Source: an uncultured virus (IMG/VR IMGVR_UViG_3300028048_000131) | Taxonomy: Duplodnaviria; Heunggongvirae; Uroviricota; Caudoviricetes | Strand: one strand, 5' to 3' | Length of the DNA: 20,000 bases | Virus record (IMG/VR): IMGVR_UViG_3300028048_000131 | Shown: positions 16,846 through 20,000 of the stretch, piece by piece | Position numbering within the stretch: the first letter of the stretch is position 1 | Layout: each line of letters starts with the position of its first letter | Program-made: the position numbers and the translations under genes | The notes under the pieces: model-generated | The model's input: the letters and a program-made list of their open reading frames with translations, nothing else | Database searches by the model: none | Told to the model about the DNA's origin: nothing

Positions 16846-18939
16846 TTATTGCATCATCGTGCCCGTCTGCAGGTCCCCGGCATCAGGACTTTCACCGGTA
16901 CCAAGACTTCTAAGTTTAACGAATATAGTCAGCTAAGACAAGTCCTTAATAGTATTCTGCAGCGACTTTTCCAGTGCTTTCATCTTTACTGCGCCGTAGC
17001 GCTCTTCAAGGTCCTGCATATGGCATCTGTACATGAAAAGCATCTGGCAGAGCTTATCCAGAGTCTGCATGAAGTCAGGTACGATGTCCATAATGGCAGC
17101 ACCCGGATCAGCTTCCTGCATAAGGAGCTTGAACACAGATACATCGAAAACTTCCTTTACACCAGCTTCAGTAGCTTTCTGTACAGTATCAACTATCTGA
17201 TTGCTGTCTTCCAGTGCTTTGTTCTGAAGATCTTCGGTAGTTACTTCCGGGGGTTCTTCAGTAGTTTCAGTCATACTGATATCTGCAGGTTTCCATGCAG
17301 TGGAGTCGTCTTCCTAAGAATCTCCGATAAGCTCAGCTTTCTTATGCAGCAGGAAAGTAGTGGTATAAAGCTTGCCAATCTCCCCTGCGCCAGCCATTTT
17401 AAGCATAGTCTTTGCATCCTGAGGACAAATACCATAGTTCTTCACCAGGTGCAGACAAGCTTCTTTTTCCATGAACCGATCAGAGGGCTTGGAAGCAGGC
17501 CCGTAGAAAGAAATCTCCTGTCCATCGGAAGTCATTTTGATCTTAGTGGTGGACTTATTGATGAATCTTTCAATTGTTCTGCCAAGATCTGCAATTCCAA
17601 CATACAGCCCCTTCGAGGAGGCTTTCTCATTGGAGATAAGAATCACACGGGTACCCTGCGGGACTTCAAGAACTCTGTCATATTGCAGAGAAGATCTCAG
17701 TTTATCGTCCTAAGACTCTTTGATAGTCATATTGTAAGAATAGAAAGATCCGTCTGAAGAGGACTTGGAAAATCCTCCGCGAACTTCCAGAACAGCCCCG
17801 GAGGGCAGTACCAAAAGAAGATCACTGTAGTTAGGATCTGCAGAAGAGAACTTTTCACCAAGATCTTCCGGCTTCAGTTCCTTGATAGTATCCTTGATAG
17901 CCGTAACAGCAGGCACTTCAAAGGCTTTGCCGTCCTTGATAATATAGGACTTGAACCCACCGTAGTGCTTCATCTCATCCCTACCATCCACATAGAAAGG
18001 ATCAGAGGTATATGCGCCTTTCAGTCCCCACGGGCTCTGTCCTTTGATGGGATTGGCAAGAACGTAAGTAATGTCTTCTGTATCTCCGTTACCCATCAGT
18101 ATCTAGCACTTACAGGAAACTTCAGGAGTTACGAAAGCATTGGTAAGGTTCTTCTTTTCGATTACTTTAATGGAGCTGTCACGGTCATCCCAGTCAACTT
18201 TCTAAGCTCTCTTGATTACATATCCGTCTTTCCAGAGAATCTTTTTCTGATCATCTGTAAGCAGAGAAGCTCTCTTGTCCATAACTGTAATCAGTTCAGT
18301 TTCAGGATCATCAGGATACTTTTCACAGGCTTTCTTGGCAAATCCCTTAATATCCTACGGAGAGTAGAATTTGAAGGTTTCATTGATAAAGTCCGTATTG
18401 CTGAGATAATCCATGAACTTAAGAGCAGCCTTTTTGCCCATCTTAAGAACAGTATCAAAAACGGTGGTTTCCTTAAAGGAAGCATTCTTCAGAACAGGAT
18501 CGATAGGCTCTCTTGAACGGGCGCTGCCGGGGGTCTTGCCATAAAGGTTGGCATCTTCAGGAGGAATAGATTCGGCTCTGCCGACATCGTTTTTATTCTT
18601 TACCCAGTTCAACCAGGCATCAGACAGCGGCAGGAAAGTCTGCAGACCGGGAACTTCCATGATCTCATCGATGTAGATCTTGCCATTCTGGAACACAGCA
18701 GGAACATAAACAAGGTTCTCGCCCAATTTATAAACAACAATACAGACAGCGAAAGAATTGTCGTCGTTCTTATCGAGAAGCTGAACAGCTACCTGATAAT
18801 CGCTCAGGCTGGGGTATTTATCCGTGATCTGCGCATTTGCCAGAATACCAAACTGCTGTTCAAAAGAAGGCCCCTCCCCAGGTTCACCTTGGGCCTTTTT
18901 ATACAGGGTGCCTGCTTCAACAATTAATTTCTTTGACAT
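16846..18939 (-). CDS. Large putative virion/head-internal protein (697 aa; TAG-recoded)
   Basis: Track ORFs 18355..18939, 17710..18096, 17314..17646 and 16933..17274 are in one frame joined by TAG; ends TAA at 16846; K-x-A motifs throughout. Confidence 0.8.
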
Positions 18940-18963
18940 CTGCGTGTTCCTATTTAAGTTGCG

Positions 18964-20000
18964 TCATTTCGCTGGGTTATAAGGTTCTACAATGATTTTA
19001 TCGACAAAGGAAGGACTGTCGTATCTATCTGTTATTCCCTTCCTTGCAGCATCGAACAAAGTGTCTTTAAGCCGCTCTCCGCTAAGTCTCGGAAGCCAGT
19101 TCTTGTCCTGCATGACAAACTGCTTGGAAGAAACAAACTGAGGTTCGAATGGAGGAGGCTGCGGATTGGTCACTATAGATGTAGTGCCGTATTTCTAAAG
19201 CTTCTTCGCTACAGAAGGAGTTATACGAGTTCCTATACTGTAATATAAAACAGGTTTCTACAGGTACTTGCCAATGGAATCTTTCAGAGAAGTTTCCTTG
19301 CTGTCGTCTCTGGGAACCCACTTGTCGAGGATGTCATCGTAATCGACAAGATCCCCCGGATAGTAACCGCCAAATCCATCAGGGTCTGTAATGCGGACCT
19401 TATTTATCATAGCTCTGGAGAACTCTTCAAGGTTTCTTCTTAAAGTGCCTGCTCCGGTTTTTGGAAGGATCTCGGAAAGCTTCTTGGTAAAGTAATGGCG
19501 GCCCTCTCCTATGCCTTTATATTTTACAATCTACATAGGATTAGGTACTCCATTGGTGAGCATATCGCCAGCTTCTACCACGTCACCGACTTTAACTTTC
19601 ACTGTACGGGCTACTGGAGAATATACAGTAGAAGTGCCTACAGTTATGTAGTTGCCGCCCTGAGGAGCTTTGCGGATCTAAGTTACACGTCCATCTGTAG
19701 TTGCCAGTACAGCGCCCCCTGGAAATACTTTAGGAGCAAGTAGCATACGCTGCACAGAATCAAAGCCTGTCGGCTGATCAGAGCCTTCAACGTCTTCATG
19801 ACGAACTCCTCCCATGCCGGAAGAGTGCTTGGACGATATACCCGACTGCGTAAGAGGCTCAATAAAGCTCTTTACAGAGTTCAGCGCTACATAAGAACCT
19901 ATTGCAGGGAATTTCCCATTTTCCTGTATTCCTGCACATCTGGCACAAACTCCATTATGTGCCTTACAAGTAACAGGACTGCGAATGATAAACTAGTCCT
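18964..20000 (-). CDS. Phage multisubunit RNA polymerase beta'-like subunit, C-terminal part (TAG-recoded)
   Basis: D*FIIRSPVTCKAHNGVCARCAG (RpoC Zn site RS..C-x6-C-x2-C), FIEPLTQSGISSKH (trigger loop), VKVGDVVEAGDMLTNGVPNPM*I, LSGERLKDTLFDAARKG. TAG at 19993, 19678, 19531, 19258 and 19195; ends TGA. Confidence 0.88.

Larger units (their letters stand above)
1..20000. mobile_element. Segment of a large tailed bacteriophage genome using TAG as a sense codon (probably Glu)
   Basis: Capsid/protease/scaffold module, phage-type RNAP beta' fragment, homing endonucleases, tRNA, dense overlapping genes and no cellular housekeeping operon. Confidence 0.92.

Noticed and set aside
16714..18516. 347-aa and 183-aa plus-strand ORFs
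   Set aside because: Antisense to the 697-aa recoded gene; no credible RBS or motifs.
1..20000. Mass pseudogenisation or poor sequence quality as the cause of broken ORFs
   Set aside because: Interruptions are almost exclusively TAG, no frameshifts were needed, essential genes are affected, read-through ends fit neighbouring genes, and a CUA tRNA is present.
1..20000. TAG=Gln (genetic code 15)
   Set aside because: Motif positions, amino-acid composition and the tRNA body all favour Glu. Not formally excluded until alignments or proteomics are done.
1..20000. CRISPR array, rRNA, integrase or transposase
   Set aside because: No regularly spaced repeats or such motifs were seen by eye.

Overview
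This window is part of a large tailed dsDNA phage genome. On the minus strand it carries the 3' part of a multisubunit RNA polymerase beta'-like gene, a head module (large head-internal proteins, prohead protease, scaffolds, decoration protein, major capsid protein) and, at the left end, neck/tail-completion genes plus a small lysis-like pair. A plus-strand block (about 2740-7277) holds three related sigma70-like promoters, a tRNA, three homing-endonuclease genes and small accessory genes. The key observation is an alternative genetic code. The ORF track is fragmented because TAG is used as a sense codon: reading through TAG gives full-length genes that end in TAA/TGA and abut their neighbours (ATGA/TGATG/TAATG overlaps). 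The TAG positions fall where family consensus calls for glutamate, including the catalytic Glu of a GIY-YIG nuclease, rather than the glutamine of known code-15 phages. The window also encodes a CUA-anticodon tRNA (3637-3710) with tRNA-Glu structural identity elements. Together these point to a phage with TAG=Glu and its own amber-decoding tRNA. All translations and family calls were made by eye; no searches were run.
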